From a virus (taxonomy: Duplodnaviria > Caudoviricetes): a stretch of DNA of 59,520 nucleotides. The notes under the pieces are model-generated. The model worked only from the letters and a program-made list of their open reading frames with translations. It did not search any database and was not told where the DNA came from. The stretch spans positions 1 through 59,520 of the IMG/VR virus record IMGVR_UViG_3300024265_001017, one strand, 5' to 3'. Both the position numbers and the translations under genes were made by a program. The first letter of the stretch is position 1, and every line of letters starts with the position of its first letter. This document shows, piece by piece, positions 28,801 through 37,419 of this stretch.

Positions 28801-30385
28801 TGACTTTACCCAGACCGATAAATGTTTTAATGATAGCCGTGATGATATTTATAAGGAGAATGAGAACGATAGCCAGGGCACCAAACGCACCCAGCAAAAT
28901 CATTCCAACGATAATTGCCAGCTTCTTGAGAGCTGGTATAAGCATCGGTTTCAGAATAGCCCATAGCTCACCAAAGGCTTTTTTCAGCGTTTTGAAGAGT
29001 TCCGCCAGAGCGCCGATTACAGGTTGGAAGACTTTCGCAAACTTGTCCCAGTGTTTGATAACGACATAGATAGCAGCAGCGACCGCCAGAATGATTAGAA
29101 GAATCAACCCAAAGGCAACGCCCATACTGATACCCGCGGCGTAAGACAATGCGGCAGTCTTTAGAAATACAAATTGGTATATCGCAGCAATGCCACCCGC
29201 TATCTGTCCGTACTTGAGAATAGCAAAGTTGCCGAGCCAGCCGAGTATTGTTGTCAAGGGGCCAACAAGGGCAATTAAAACTAGCATTGTGCCTATGGCT
29301 GCTAAGACGGGGCGCGGTACTTTGTCCATCGAGTCAGCCCATTTATCTGTGTAGTTGGCTGCTTTCTCTAGCACTGGTAATATAATGTCCTCAAATGCGT
29401 AAATGAATATCTTGCCGATTGGCTCAAAGAGACCAAGTATCTTCTTGCCGAGCATCTTGAAGCGGTCACTGAGCTGCATCGTAGCATCTGCCGTCTTCTT
29501 GACTGTCCCACCAGATTTCTCTAGCTTCTTCTCCCACTTATCTAAGTCAAACGTGCCCTGTCTGATAGCGCCAGCCAGTTTCGGCCCAGCTTCACGACCG
29601 AAGATTTCGATAGCAACTTTAGTAGCCGCCATCTTGTTTGGAGCTTCTTTAATTTGTTTGACGAATGCCCGTAAGCCAGCTTCTCCAGTTTTGAACCCTT
29701 CCTCAGAAGCTTTGGCAACCGCCATGCGGAGAGCGTCCGTTGTGTCTTCTGCTCGAAGACCAGCCGACTCAAAGGAGGCAAAGAGAGCAATTTGTTGTTT
29801 GGTGTTGAACCCGAGCTGTTTTAACATCTCGCTGTTGTTTGATAAGTGACCAATCAGTTGCTCAAGTGGGATACCGGACTTCTGGGCAGCATACGCCAAC
29901 ATGTCCATAGCTTCCGCTTGTTTCTTACCCTTGATTGCGTTTTGTTGAAACCACATACCAAGCTCTCGGGATACTGCCACAGGGTCAGCACCCATGATAC
30001 GTGAGAAATCAAGCACTTTCTTGGTCATTCGGTCAGCGGCCTTGCCGGTGGCATCAAACCTTTGTTCGACGTTAATCAAAACACCCGCGACAACTTCCGA
30101 GTCTTCGGGTACATCACGCCATACTTTACGGAAACGGACTTGTAACTTCTCAAGTGCCTTGCCAGTAATACCAAGCTGTCGAGCGACAAGCATGTAGCCC
30201 TTACCAATCTCAGCTGCCGCTTTGTAGCCAATGGCTCCAGCAACAGCAATCGGTAGAGTTACGTTCTTAGTCATGGCAATGCCCAAGGCAGTCATTTTGT
30301 TGCCAACCTTGGTCATTTGAGTCATAAACGTGCTATCTCTAGCTATGATATCGACCCATAGGGTTCCTAAATGTGCATCAGGCAC
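25859..30385 (-). CDS. tape measure protein with C-terminal peptidase-like and lytic transglycosylase domains
   Basis: 1508 aa; MTK.VTLPI start, hydrophobic central segment, LGIKSPS repeats; ITSGFRPGD..DH..G.A.D...H..HVH; RESNFNP.A.NP.S.A.GLFQF. Confidence 0.92.
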   Translation of the reverse strand: MPDAHLGTLWVDIIARDSTFMTQMTKVGNKMTALGIAMTKNVTLPIAVAGAIGYKAAAEIGKGYMLVARQLGITGKALEKLQVRFRKVWRDVPEDSEVVAGVLINVEQRFDATGKAADRMTKKVLDFSRIMGADPVAVSRELGMWFQQNAIKGKKQAEAMDMLAYAAQKSGIPLEQLIGHLSNNSEMLKQLGFNTKQQIALFASFESAGLRAEDTTDALRMAVAKASEEGFKTGEAGLRAFVKQIKEAPNKMAATKVAIEIFGREAGPKLAGAIRQGTFDLDKWEKKLEKSGGTVKKTADATMQLSDRFKMLGKKILGLFEPIGKIFIYAFEDIILPVLEKAANYTDKWADSMDKVPRPVLAAIGTMLVLIALVGPLTTILGWLGNFAILKYGQIAGGIAAIYQFVFLKTAALSYAAGISMGVAFGLILLIILAVAAAIYVVIKHWDKFAKVFQPVIGALAELFKTLKKAFGELWAILKPMLIPALKKLAIIVGMILLGAFGALAIVLILLINIITAIIKTFIGLGKVIYGVAQIMRGFFTGNAALMAEGVKNISDGANEIGGAMKDMVMNSGRQIASILQAMMEGQMAMMDEFMDEGEKKSAKGGKAAGKAFAQSDNDENKKGQKKKYRMFEDSNKKTKALEAKGGKDAGMAYRMGFEEEVKKKGFAGAIIARGRRQQHRQEQSDEKQHQRTMGGIRKRARTKDVQETNVQGGLIGAILRRSHRAHTEEVKRGHNKQASETRRIQGGIIGYLSGVPAKQAFAMKSNSAPIVTCLKPAWDAHVRATQNAHLALGRWLSGIPEFYKAMMLLNAHFIRNMFIEPVRASVRNFKNVVTNFSDNYLANIPRWFKNTILKNVRNMWEAGRKLADGMIRGFINRGKSGSEKSGGDAGRGLKKGFKKGAKGTGKEGKKAGRNAGRGFKQGLNKGAKKSAQQFGGAVINSIKKKLGIKSPSSVFRGMGVNMRVGLLEGLDMPRVREIMREHFKAMVREDTKIVLALPRQVIKIFKQFNKWLARVPRMQRKAMLSQKARHISHALVPEFTKMKNNVTKKVMGLSSWLKGWPKHAANVLKLNAGYMGDAGRVLATKLINAVKNRLGIKSPSKEFENIGSQMIRGLLKGLSFDQVMGIMEANFGGMKGFAQNLLSFMNEHKRWEFLDSFLGISNSAGLYDALSNYLKPKAPGGPAAPPGGGGQLAGVDLVPGQPLMQALFAWIMAQVGGGHSITSGFRPGDPRDHGKGIAIDIAPGSDAVSAKVSQLLGGADAPFTGVLNTPHGQALWKTNVGGNHFNHVHFALRSISDFIRQLAAPKPPPGGGAGGDVWGQIAAYFSARGQGGAQLAPLHELIRRESNFNPQAQNPTSTAWGLFQFLDMHWGPGKYLPAGRQSTFQQQLEGGFRYITERYGNATNALAAHDRQNWYAGGGAVSATLHAGERVLTMQQNRWFSGIARPLGEVAQGAGVAYNKQQNVTVAMPVGTTFKITNLRDGIVEVVDEGIHKHVEKTIAVDEWSAK

Positions 30386-30695
30386 TTTCTAAATCCGCCT
30401 CCTCCTTTTCTTTTTTCTTCTTGGCTGCTTGAAAGTCTGCCAACTTAGCAACCTCATTTAACATAGACGCTTTGGACATTGGCCCAGTGCTTGCGCCTTC
30501 TTTTCCCTTACCCATGAGCTTGTCCAAGTCGAGCATCTTATCGCTCTTGTATTGAACAGCTGCCCAAGTAGCGCCAATTGCTAGCAAGGGCAGCGTGTGT
30601 TCTTCTTCAAACTTCATGGCTGCGGAAAGAGCTATGTCGATTTCCCGATAACTCGCCTCCCAAAAATCCTGCTCTGTCTTCTCGCACAAAATCAT
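30378..30695 (-). CDS. tail assembly chaperone, frameshift-extended part (gpT-like)
   Basis: Reached from the upstream chaperone by a -1 shift at A AAA AAC. Confidence 0.8.
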   Translation of the reverse strand: MILCEKTEQDFWEASYREIDIALSAAMKFEEEHTLPLLAIGATWAAVQYKSDKMLDLDKLMGKGKEGASTGPMSKASMLNEVAKLADFQAAKKKKEKEEADLESA

Positions 30696-30721
30696 GTAGT
30701 TGTGCCGAATATACGACCAGT

Positions 30722-31096
30722 TTAGCCCTTCTTCTTGGGTGGCTGGTGGTCTTTGGGAGCCTTTGGGTTTTTTCCGTCATCTCCTTCGGGCATTGCAATA
30801 TCCATAGCTTTAGCGATAGCGTCTTGAAACTCAGACAAGTTCTCGACGGTAAACATACCGCCAACCGTGGCCTCAGTAATCTCTGGATGGTTGGCTTTTA
30901 AGCCAACGAACAATACCTTACGGAGCTTTCCAATCGCTCCCTTCGGGTTCTCTTCAAAGTTGAAAGCATCTTCGATATTCTCGTAAGCGTCTTCCAACTC
31001 ACAAAGCGCATTGAGGTCATAACGGAGATAAAAGATTTCTTCATCAACCGTTATCTCAACGCTTTTTTTCCGCAGTTTTGCTAGCTTGTCAGCCAT
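30722..31096 (-). CDS. tail assembly chaperone (gpG-like)
   Basis: LRYDLNALCELED; lies between the major tail gene and the tape measure. Confidence 0.85.
   Translation of the reverse strand: MADKLAKLRKKSVEITVDEEIFYLRYDLNALCELEDAYENIEDAFNFEENPKGAIGKLRKVLFVGLKANHPEITEATVGGMFTVENLSEFQDAIAKAMDIAMPEGDDGKNPKAPKDHQPPKKKG
30767..30773 (-). promoter_or_regulatory. -1 programmed frameshift site A AAA AAC
   Basis: In-frame X XXY YYZ heptamer; the -1 frame reads KKPKGSQ...RHNYMILCEK into ORF 30378..30695. Confidence 0.85.
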
Positions 31097-31119
31097 GATA
31101 GTCTCCTTTTAGTTGTCAA

Positions 31120-31521
31120 TTAGGACAGTACTGTGTCAAATGTTAGCTCGCCACTAATCTTTAAGGTAAAGCTTACCTCTGCCTTGTCATCGAACGGCAG
31201 AGAAACCTTAAAGGCAGTCAGGATACCGCTACCAGAAAAACCGTAGCCTTGTGGTGTCTGAACTGCAAATGTGGACAAGACTGTATCGCTAGAAATCGCA
31301 TCAATGACCTCTGCCATACCCGCATCACCGGGAACATAATTGCCTTCACAGTCAATCTCTCCAGCTTCAATCAAGCCTGGCAGAAATTCTTTCCAATAGC
31401 TAGAGTCGTGACTGGTAATGTCAATGTCGTCGCGCTTACACGCTGGGCCATCAATCTTCGTCAACTCTGCAACCGGAGTACCGTTCAGCGAAAAAGTAGT
31501 TCCTATTGCTACGAATGCCAT
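31120..31521 (-). CDS. major tail (tube) protein
   Basis: I.GP....D.IDIT.HDS..WKEF..GL.E.G....EGN...SFTLKISG. Confidence 0.88.
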   Translation of the reverse strand: MAFVAIGTTFSLNGTPVAELTKIDGPACKRDDIDITSHDSSYWKEFLPGLIEAGEIDCEGNYVPGDAGMAEVIDAISSDTVLSTFAVQTPQGYGFSGSGILTAFKVSLPFDDKAEVSFTLKISGELTFDTVLS

Positions 31522-31561
31522 GTCTATCATTCCTTTCTTTCAAGTACTCGTTCACTTGGTA

Positions 31562-31590
31562 ATTATACTATAAATAGGAGGCAGAGTCCA
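31562..31590 (-). promoter_or_regulatory. sigma70-type promoter
   Basis: TGGACT-17 bp-TATAAT. Confidence 0.6.
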
Positions 31591-31593
31591 CTT

Positions 31594-32010
31594 TTAGTCT
31601 TGCACCATCACTTTGTAGTCAGCGCTAAGTCCCTGGACTTCTTCTCCCTCTTCCAATTGGAGCCTGCCAATGCCACGTATCCTTTTGACAAACAGGTTGG
31701 TATATCCTGTGATGGAAAATGTTTGCCGATGGAGCAGGTCATCAAGTAGGCTGTATATGTCATAGGCGGTTGATATCTTGAACGTGTGAACATTTATCTG
31801 AAATATAGCGTCATCTTGGCGGGTATCATAGGTGTCGTCCGCAGATATACTTAGCGGATAATAGCAGATATAGGGAGGAACCGCATCTTCGGGTGCCGTG
31901 TATGCAAAAATAGCTGGCTTGGTTTCATAGGTAGCGAGCGTAGCAGCCAACGTAACATCGGCAGCTATGTGGGTCTCCAAGCCCCACTCTATTTGTTTTA
32001 GGTCACTCAC
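31594..32010 (-). CDS. tail terminator (DUF3168-like)
   Basis: AP....PPYI, FQINV motifs; synteny. Confidence 0.75.
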   Translation of the reverse strand: MSDLKQIEWGLETHIAADVTLAATLATYETKPAIFAYTAPEDAVPPYICYYPLSISADDTYDTRQDDAIFQINVHTFKISTAYDIYSLLDDLLHRQTFSITGYTNLFVKRIRGIGRLQLEEGEEVQGLSADYKVMVQD

Positions 32011-32408
32011 TTGCCTTTACCTCCAGCCATTATTCTCCAAAGTATCGGTTGTATTCTGTCTATCGTCACACGCATAAAGGGTCGTGGCTCCATCTTGCTT
32101 GTTCCATATTCAAGTTTGGGAGCATAGTCTTTGTCAGTGCCAACAACCGCCGTTAGAAACATACCAATTTTGATAACGGTATGCGTTATGCTTGCCCGTA
32201 GGTCGCCTGTCCAAACAGAAGGTGCTTGACCAGGCGCGGAAGAGCGGTGGCTCCCATAAAGATGCCCACCACCGGGCATACTGAGCGCCATCTTCACAGC
32301 AGTCTCAGCAAACGCTCCTGCATCTTCCAAGCGGCTACTAAGCTGTTTCTCTAGGTCTACTCGAAAGATAGCCATGCTCGCATAGTCGTGTTGCCACCGA
32401 GTACTCAT
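32007..32408 (-). CDS. HK97 gp10-like tail completion protein
   Basis: SAPGQAP...TG.LR.SI...YA..LEYGT.KM.PRPF. Confidence 0.85.
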   Translation of the reverse strand: MSTRWQHDYASMAIFRVDLEKQLSSRLEDAGAFAETAVKMALSMPGGGHLYGSHRSSAPGQAPSVWTGDLRASITHTVIKIGMFLTAVVGTDKDYAPKLEYGTSKMEPRPFMRVTIDRIQPILWRIMAGGKGK

Positions 32409-32737
32409 AAGCTTACCTCTCCCTTGAAGTCTTCCAACACATCAACCTCGTAGATAGTACGACCGCCAAGTCCCACTCGCGGGGTCGGTGTATACTGCAA
32501 GTGGTAGGCAACCCCGTTAATCGCCAGAACGTCCCGAGCAGTCAAAGCAACGGGGAAGGTCTCGAAAGTTACCCTAGCTCGCCTGATTGCTTTCTTTCTG
32601 TCAGCGCTCATTTGCTCATTGCCTGTAAACTTAATATGACAGTACAAAGTCCCAGCGCTTGCCCACACGGGGTTTGATTCCCCATGTTCAAAGCTCTGAG
32701 TCTTTTGGTAGACTGTTATGCTGCTATTAAAAAGCAT
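32405..32737 (-). CDS. head-tail stopper / head closure protein
   Basis: Size, beta-rich pattern and synteny. Confidence 0.65.
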   Translation of the reverse strand: MLFNSSITVYQKTQSFEHGESNPVWASAGTLYCHIKFTGNEQMSADRKKAIRRARVTFETFPVALTARDVLAINGVAYHLQYTPTPRVGLGGRTIYEVDVLEDFKGEVSL

Positions 32738-32748
32738 CTAACCATCCC

Positions 32749-33615
32749 TTAGAAGTCTGATAGTACATCAAGCAAGCCCTGGAGCAGTGTGCGAACGTTG
32801 CTTGGTAGGTCTTTCGTCATTTCGTATGCCTGGGATACCTCGTCTATAGCTTCCTTCTTTACAGACGCACCTCTCTGGAAGAAGATATCGCCCAACCAAG
32901 TCAGCTCTGCCAACTTGATTCGCTCGACAATCTCGGCATAGTCCTCACGGAGAGAGAATCCGCTAGTGTATGTAACCAGATAACGCTTGACCCCTTCCGG
33001 CCACGTATCGCCTTCTCGTAGATAGAGAATTTGGCCGGTTGTCGGAATGAGTCGGTACAGTTCGGCGCTTAGTGTCTCGCTCCAGATATCGTCGGTGACA
33101 ACAATCTCGTCGCCTGACTCTTCACTGACCGGCACTCGGGGCAATCTCAAAGACTCTCTGCCCCCGTCAAGATAAACGCTTGTTTCTTGGGCCACTATGT
33201 AGTTGCTCAAGTTCTCTTTAATGGTTGCCTCTATCCCTGACAACATAGCGTGAATAAGTGAATCCTCGTCTGTGCCTGAAACTCTGAGATAGTCCTTGGC
33301 AACCGTAAGCTCAACCAACGGGGCTGTAGCCAACGCAGTCAGCACCAAGAATGTGTCTTCAACCGTACTCTCGATTGCTCCACCACCCGTGAATTGGCAA
33401 GCATACGTTCCTGCCGTAGCTAGGGTAATGTCAATGTAGTATTGACCAACCGCATCTTTGACCAGCTCAACGTCTTCCCCGTACACAAAAGCAACGGCAG
33501 CTGCTTGGTCAACTCGATAGCCAAAATCTACTGTCGTTGGGTCAGCAAGGTCTCCGCCATCGTCGCGGAACTCTGCCGATATCCGTATCACCTGTCCTGT
33601 AAAGTAAGTATCCAT
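32749..33615 (-). CDS. head-tail connector (adaptor) with extra N-terminal Ig-like domain
   Basis: L..AKDYLRV....ED.LI; V.YT.G; extra ~95-aa beta-rich N-terminus. Confidence 0.8.
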   Translation of the reverse strand: MDTYFTGQVIRISAEFRDDGGDLADPTTVDFGYRVDQAAAVAFVYGEDVELVKDAVGQYYIDITLATAGTYACQFTGGGAIESTVEDTFLVLTALATAPLVELTVAKDYLRVSGTDEDSLIHAMLSGIEATIKENLSNYIVAQETSVYLDGGRESLRLPRVPVSEESGDEIVVTDDIWSETLSAELYRLIPTTGQILYLREGDTWPEGVKRYLVTYTSGFSLREDYAEIVERIKLAELTWLGDIFFQRGASVKKEAIDEVSQAYEMTKDLPSNVRTLLQGLLDVLSDF

Positions 33616-33624
33616 TTCTCCTCC

Positions 33625-33653
33625 ATTATAGCTGTATTATGTCTCGGTGTCTA
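33625..33653 (-). promoter_or_regulatory. sigma70-type promoter
   Basis: TAGACA-17 bp-TATAAT. Confidence 0.6.
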
Positions 33654-33657
33654 TCTA

Positions 33658-36600
33658 TCAGTCGTCGGGTAGGATTATGATAGATGACCCCGGCGTAGTA
33701 CGCTCGCTCGTTCCACTACCGGCTGTGCTATGCCCGTGGCTTTCACTGCCTGGCTGTGATTTCGTAATAGTCTGGTCTCCCTGTTGTCGGTATGGTGTTT
33801 TATCAAGCGTTGCTATGGCAGTTGAAATACCTGCCGTTATTGCTGCACAAGCTATCTTGGCTGTCAGTAAGCAAGCAACGGAACAGGCACCGTTTGACGA
33901 ACCGGACAGTTTTCTTTGGGTTTTGCAAACTGCTTCCGCAGTACTAGCTCCAACCGATAAACCGCTGAGTTTTCGGGTTATGTTTATTAAAGCATCTGTG
34001 GTCGATGCACCATTGACAACCCCAGTAAGCCCTATTGTCAACTTAAAGGATGCTTCCGCTGTCGAAGTTCCAGCACTTGCGCCTGCCAGTTGTCCAAGAA
34101 GGTCAAGCAATCCCGCTACCGTAGCGACACCATTAGACGCGCCACTCAGCTCCATTGTAAGCTTGATTAAAGCTCCCGCCGTACTCTCCCCACTACTGTT
34201 ACCCTCAAAGAGCCTCAGCAAGCTCAGTATGCTCACTCCTGCGGTGCTTACACCGTCCGTACTACCCGCTAATAGTGTTCTTGTCTCAATTAGGGCACCT
34301 ACAGTAGACACACCCGCGCTGGCACCATCAAAAGTTGCCTGGTTTTTTATAGAGGCGGCGGCGCTTGAACTACCGCTAGTCGCTCCGACTAGTTCTGTTC
34401 TGGACTCCAAATCACAGGAGACAATGGAAGTACCATTCGCCGCTCCAACGAGTTTTCGGAGTACGTTAATGCGCGAACCCGCATTGCTCCAACCGTCAGA
34501 ACTGCCCACAAGACCTCTGAGTCGCTCAATAAGAGAACCAGCAGTGGAAGTACCAGCACCAGCCCCACTTAAACCTCTTAGAACGCCTAAGAGCGCTCCC
34601 ACAGTAGAGAGTCCGTCAGCTTGACCGGCCAAAGTCATCGACAATTCTATAAGTACTGCTCCAGTACTGCTACCCGTTGACAGCCCACCCAACAACGTAG
34701 TGGATTCCCAGTCACAAGAAACGGCTGATGTACCATTACTGACACCCGCTAGCTCAGTTCTCGTTTCGATGCTTGCTTCTGCCGTTGATAAGCCATCACT
34801 AGTTCCAACTAGCTCTGTTCTTGTTTCAATAGCAGCACCCACGGTCGAGTTACCATCTGCTTGTCCACGTATTGCATGGGTCTGAGTTAAGGAAGCTCCA
34901 GCCGTAGAACTGCCGTCCGACTGACCACTCAAAGCGTGGGTCTGGGTCATTAAAGCTCCGGCTGTCGAGCTACCGTCCGACTGCATAGCCATATCAACGT
35001 CATCAAGAAAGTACTGGATATCTAAATGCAGGGTTGAATGGCGTATGTTAGCGCCAAACGTATAACCACCAACACCAATCGCCTCTAGGGGATTCGGGCC
35101 GTCACCGTTAATATCATCAATCGTCCACTTTAAGCCGGTGTCTGGGTTGATGGTTATATCATGTATATCGCTAGTGTAGCCATCAGGCGCTATAACGTGG
35201 TCGTGTGATGTGTACCACGTACCGTTGACTTTAATTAGCGTATTGGCAACGGTATCGCCAACAAAGGCCCTTGCTATATGGTGGTCTTCCACATGATGCA
35301 AGCGGGTGTTTGAACGTATATCTATATCTGCTATATCAAAATAGATAAACTCAGGGTCATTGCTTGAAGTCTGGATTATATAGCTAGCGTCTTCATCCCC
35401 GCCTTCTTCTAACTCGTCTAGCTTCGACCAGTAGTTGCTTGGTGGGGTAGGTTGCCCAAAATTAAAGTGGCCGGTGTTGCTAATGTCGGCAATCGGGACG
35501 ACTCGTAGTATCATCAAGCGACCGACTTCTACTGCCATACCAGCGGTCGAAGTTCCGTCAGAAGCGCCTGCAAACTTCATGCTCAATTCGATAGACGCGC
35601 CAGCGGTAGAACTACCGTCTGCTTGTCCCGTGAGTCCAATGATGGGGTGCATGGTTACGCCAGCCGTAGATGTGCCAGCACTAGCCATTGTTAATATAGT
35701 CCGTGATTCCCAATCGCAAGAGGCCGTGGAAGTTCCGTTCGATTGACCGCCAAGCTCTGTCCGGGTTTCAAGAGAAGCACCAACAGTTGAGCCACCGTCA
35801 CTTGCTCCGCTTACTTCGGTGCGCGTTTCTATAGATGCGCTTGCTGTAGAAAGTCCGTCTGTTGCCCCAGCGAATGTTCGTAGTATGTTAATGAGCGAAT
35901 CCGTGGTGCAAGAACCGTGAGCATACCCATCTAAGGGCATTAACAGCTCAAGGAGCGACCCAGCTGTAGCTACGCCGTCTGTTGCGGCGACAAGTTCCAT
36001 CAGCAATTTAGTCAATGCCGTGGCTGTAGACACTCCATCACTGCCAGCTGTCCAAGTTTTTGTTATATTGGCAATAGCCGTTGCCATTGAGATGCCGTTA
36101 GTGGCACCAACCAGTTCCATGTTCAATTTGAAGCTTGCTCCCGCTAGAGCCACACCGTCTGAGGAACCGCTGAACGTCATAGACAGTTTTATCGGTGTGT
36201 CGGCAGCTTCACTAGTGCCATCCGCTGCCCCACTAAAGGGCATTGACAAATGCACATGTCCATTAGCCGTGCATGTTCCAGCTGAGCTAGCAACCATTGG
36301 TTGAGTAGCAGCCAACAAAGCTCCAGCTGTTGAACCACCAGCAGTTACACCCGCTACTTCCGTTGTTGATTCAAGAGAGGCCCCGGCTGTTGAGCCACCA
36401 GCAGAACTCATAGTACCCAAGTCAGCTACGGTTAGATAGTTAATGGTTACCCACAGTTGGGTAACCCGAATCCCATGATTATCAACGCGCAAAGTGTTAC
36501 CAATTCCCTCAACTGGGTTGTCGCCTGTACCCTTAACGTCCGCTGTCACCCAAGCTAAGCCGGTATTTGGGTTTAGAGTCAGCGTTCTCGTTTTGTATTG

Positions 36601-36936
36601 ATAAGCGGTTCCAGTTATCGTGGTGCTATCTGCATACTTAGTGCCATTTACTTTTATAGACAAACGGGGTCTACTTGTACTAGAACCAGATGGCTCTAGT
36701 CTAACCCATTGATGAATTACTATGTTAGTAACCGAAGCTCCATCAGGCAACGCGCTTATACCCGAGAAACCGTAGTAGCAGTCACGTTCTTGTCCGTAAC
36801 CATCTGAGCGCACGTAGGTAGTATCATCGTCTTTTGTTGTCTCGTCAACACATGCCCACTCGGGAGAGTCACCGTTCGCTGTAAGACCCGCATGTACCAA
36901 CACGTTGCTTGTTGGTCGTACTAGTAATTCACCCAT
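33658..36936 (-). CDS. 1092-aa Gly/Ser/Thr/Ala repeat structural (fibre-like) protein with two paralogous globular domains
   Basis: Dozens of ~19-20 aa G.S.G.STAGA-type repeats; duplicated NP.TGL.W...D..G.G.NP.E.IG domain. Confidence 0.75.
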   Translation of the reverse strand: MGELLVRPTSNVLVHAGLTANGDSPEWACVDETTKDDDTTYVRSDGYGQERDCYYGFSGISALPDGASVTNIVIHQWVRLEPSGSSTSRPRLSIKVNGTKYADSTTITGTAYQYKTRTLTLNPNTGLAWVTADVKGTGDNPVEGIGNTLRVDNHGIRVTQLWVTINYLTVADLGTMSSAGGSTAGASLESTTEVAGVTAGGSTAGALLAATQPMVASSAGTCTANGHVHLSMPFSGAADGTSEAADTPIKLSMTFSGSSDGVALAGASFKLNMELVGATNGISMATAIANITKTWTAGSDGVSTATALTKLLMELVAATDGVATAGSLLELLMPLDGYAHGSCTTDSLINILRTFAGATDGLSTASASIETRTEVSGASDGGSTVGASLETRTELGGQSNGTSTASCDWESRTILTMASAGTSTAGVTMHPIIGLTGQADGSSTAGASIELSMKFAGASDGTSTAGMAVEVGRLMILRVVPIADISNTGHFNFGQPTPPSNYWSKLDELEEGGDEDASYIIQTSSNDPEFIYFDIADIDIRSNTRLHHVEDHHIARAFVGDTVANTLIKVNGTWYTSHDHVIAPDGYTSDIHDITINPDTGLKWTIDDINGDGPNPLEAIGVGGYTFGANIRHSTLHLDIQYFLDDVDMAMQSDGSSTAGALMTQTHALSGQSDGSSTAGASLTQTHAIRGQADGNSTVGAAIETRTELVGTSDGLSTAEASIETRTELAGVSNGTSAVSCDWESTTLLGGLSTGSSTGAVLIELSMTLAGQADGLSTVGALLGVLRGLSGAGAGTSTAGSLIERLRGLVGSSDGWSNAGSRINVLRKLVGAANGTSIVSCDLESRTELVGATSGSSSAAASIKNQATFDGASAGVSTVGALIETRTLLAGSTDGVSTAGVSILSLLRLFEGNSSGESTAGALIKLTMELSGASNGVATVAGLLDLLGQLAGASAGTSTAEASFKLTIGLTGVVNGASTTDALINITRKLSGLSVGASTAEAVCKTQRKLSGSSNGACSVACLLTAKIACAAITAGISTAIATLDKTPYRQQGDQTITKSQPGSESHGHSTAGSGTSERTTPGSSIIILPDD

Positions 36937-36960
36937 TTATCTCACCCCCTTAAAGTAGTA

Positions 36961-36992
36961 TAGAGGGCAGGCTATGGGATGCCCGCCCCCTA
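36961..36992 (-). terminator. GC-rich hairpin, possible attenuator/terminator
   Basis: UAGGGGGCGGGC-N8-GCCUGCCCUCUA with a weak U-tract. Confidence 0.45.
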
Positions 36993-37020
36993 GTAGATTG
37001 CTGAGTCTCTAGCTAGAAAC

Positions 37021-37416
37021 TTAGTCCTCTGTAATGTCGAGGTCACCCGCAGGAATCTTAGCAGTATCGCCATCATTGATGGTCTTACTAGCTGAGAGGT
37101 CGCCCCAATAGAGCATGTTACCGACAGTCTCAGCGTCCATCAGTGCAAACGCTACGACTTCACCCCAAGAACCTGTTGCCTCTGGGAAGGTAATATCCGC
37201 CGCATTCTCTGTAGCGTTACCAGCAGAAGTCCAACCAGCACCTTGAGCAACGGATACTCTACCATATGAGCCACCAGTACACTCTGTACCCGTAGTTGAA
37301 TCGGTCGGCGCGACAGTGTACAACGCCACCCACAACGGGTCGGGAGCTGTATAGGCAGTCTCAAAAAGATGTGCAATAACCTTGTTCTCATAGAAGTCCG
37401 ATTTTGAACCAGCCAT
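37021..37416 (-). CDS. conserved virion structural protein (fibre-associated)
   Basis: VALYT..P.D...GTE..GGSY.R...ITFP.AT.SWG....FA..DA...GN.L..G.L pattern. Confidence 0.75.
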   Translation of the reverse strand: MAGSKSDFYENKVIAHLFETAYTAPDPLWVALYTVAPTDSTTGTECTGGSYGRVSVAQGAGWTSAGNATENAADITFPEATGSWGEVVAFALMDAETVGNMLYWGDLSASKTINDGDTAKIPAGDLDITED

Positions 37417-37419
37417 GAT

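Noticed and set aside
33647-34624. 325-aa ORF on the + strand
   Set aside because: Antisense shadow of the repetitive 1092-aa gene.
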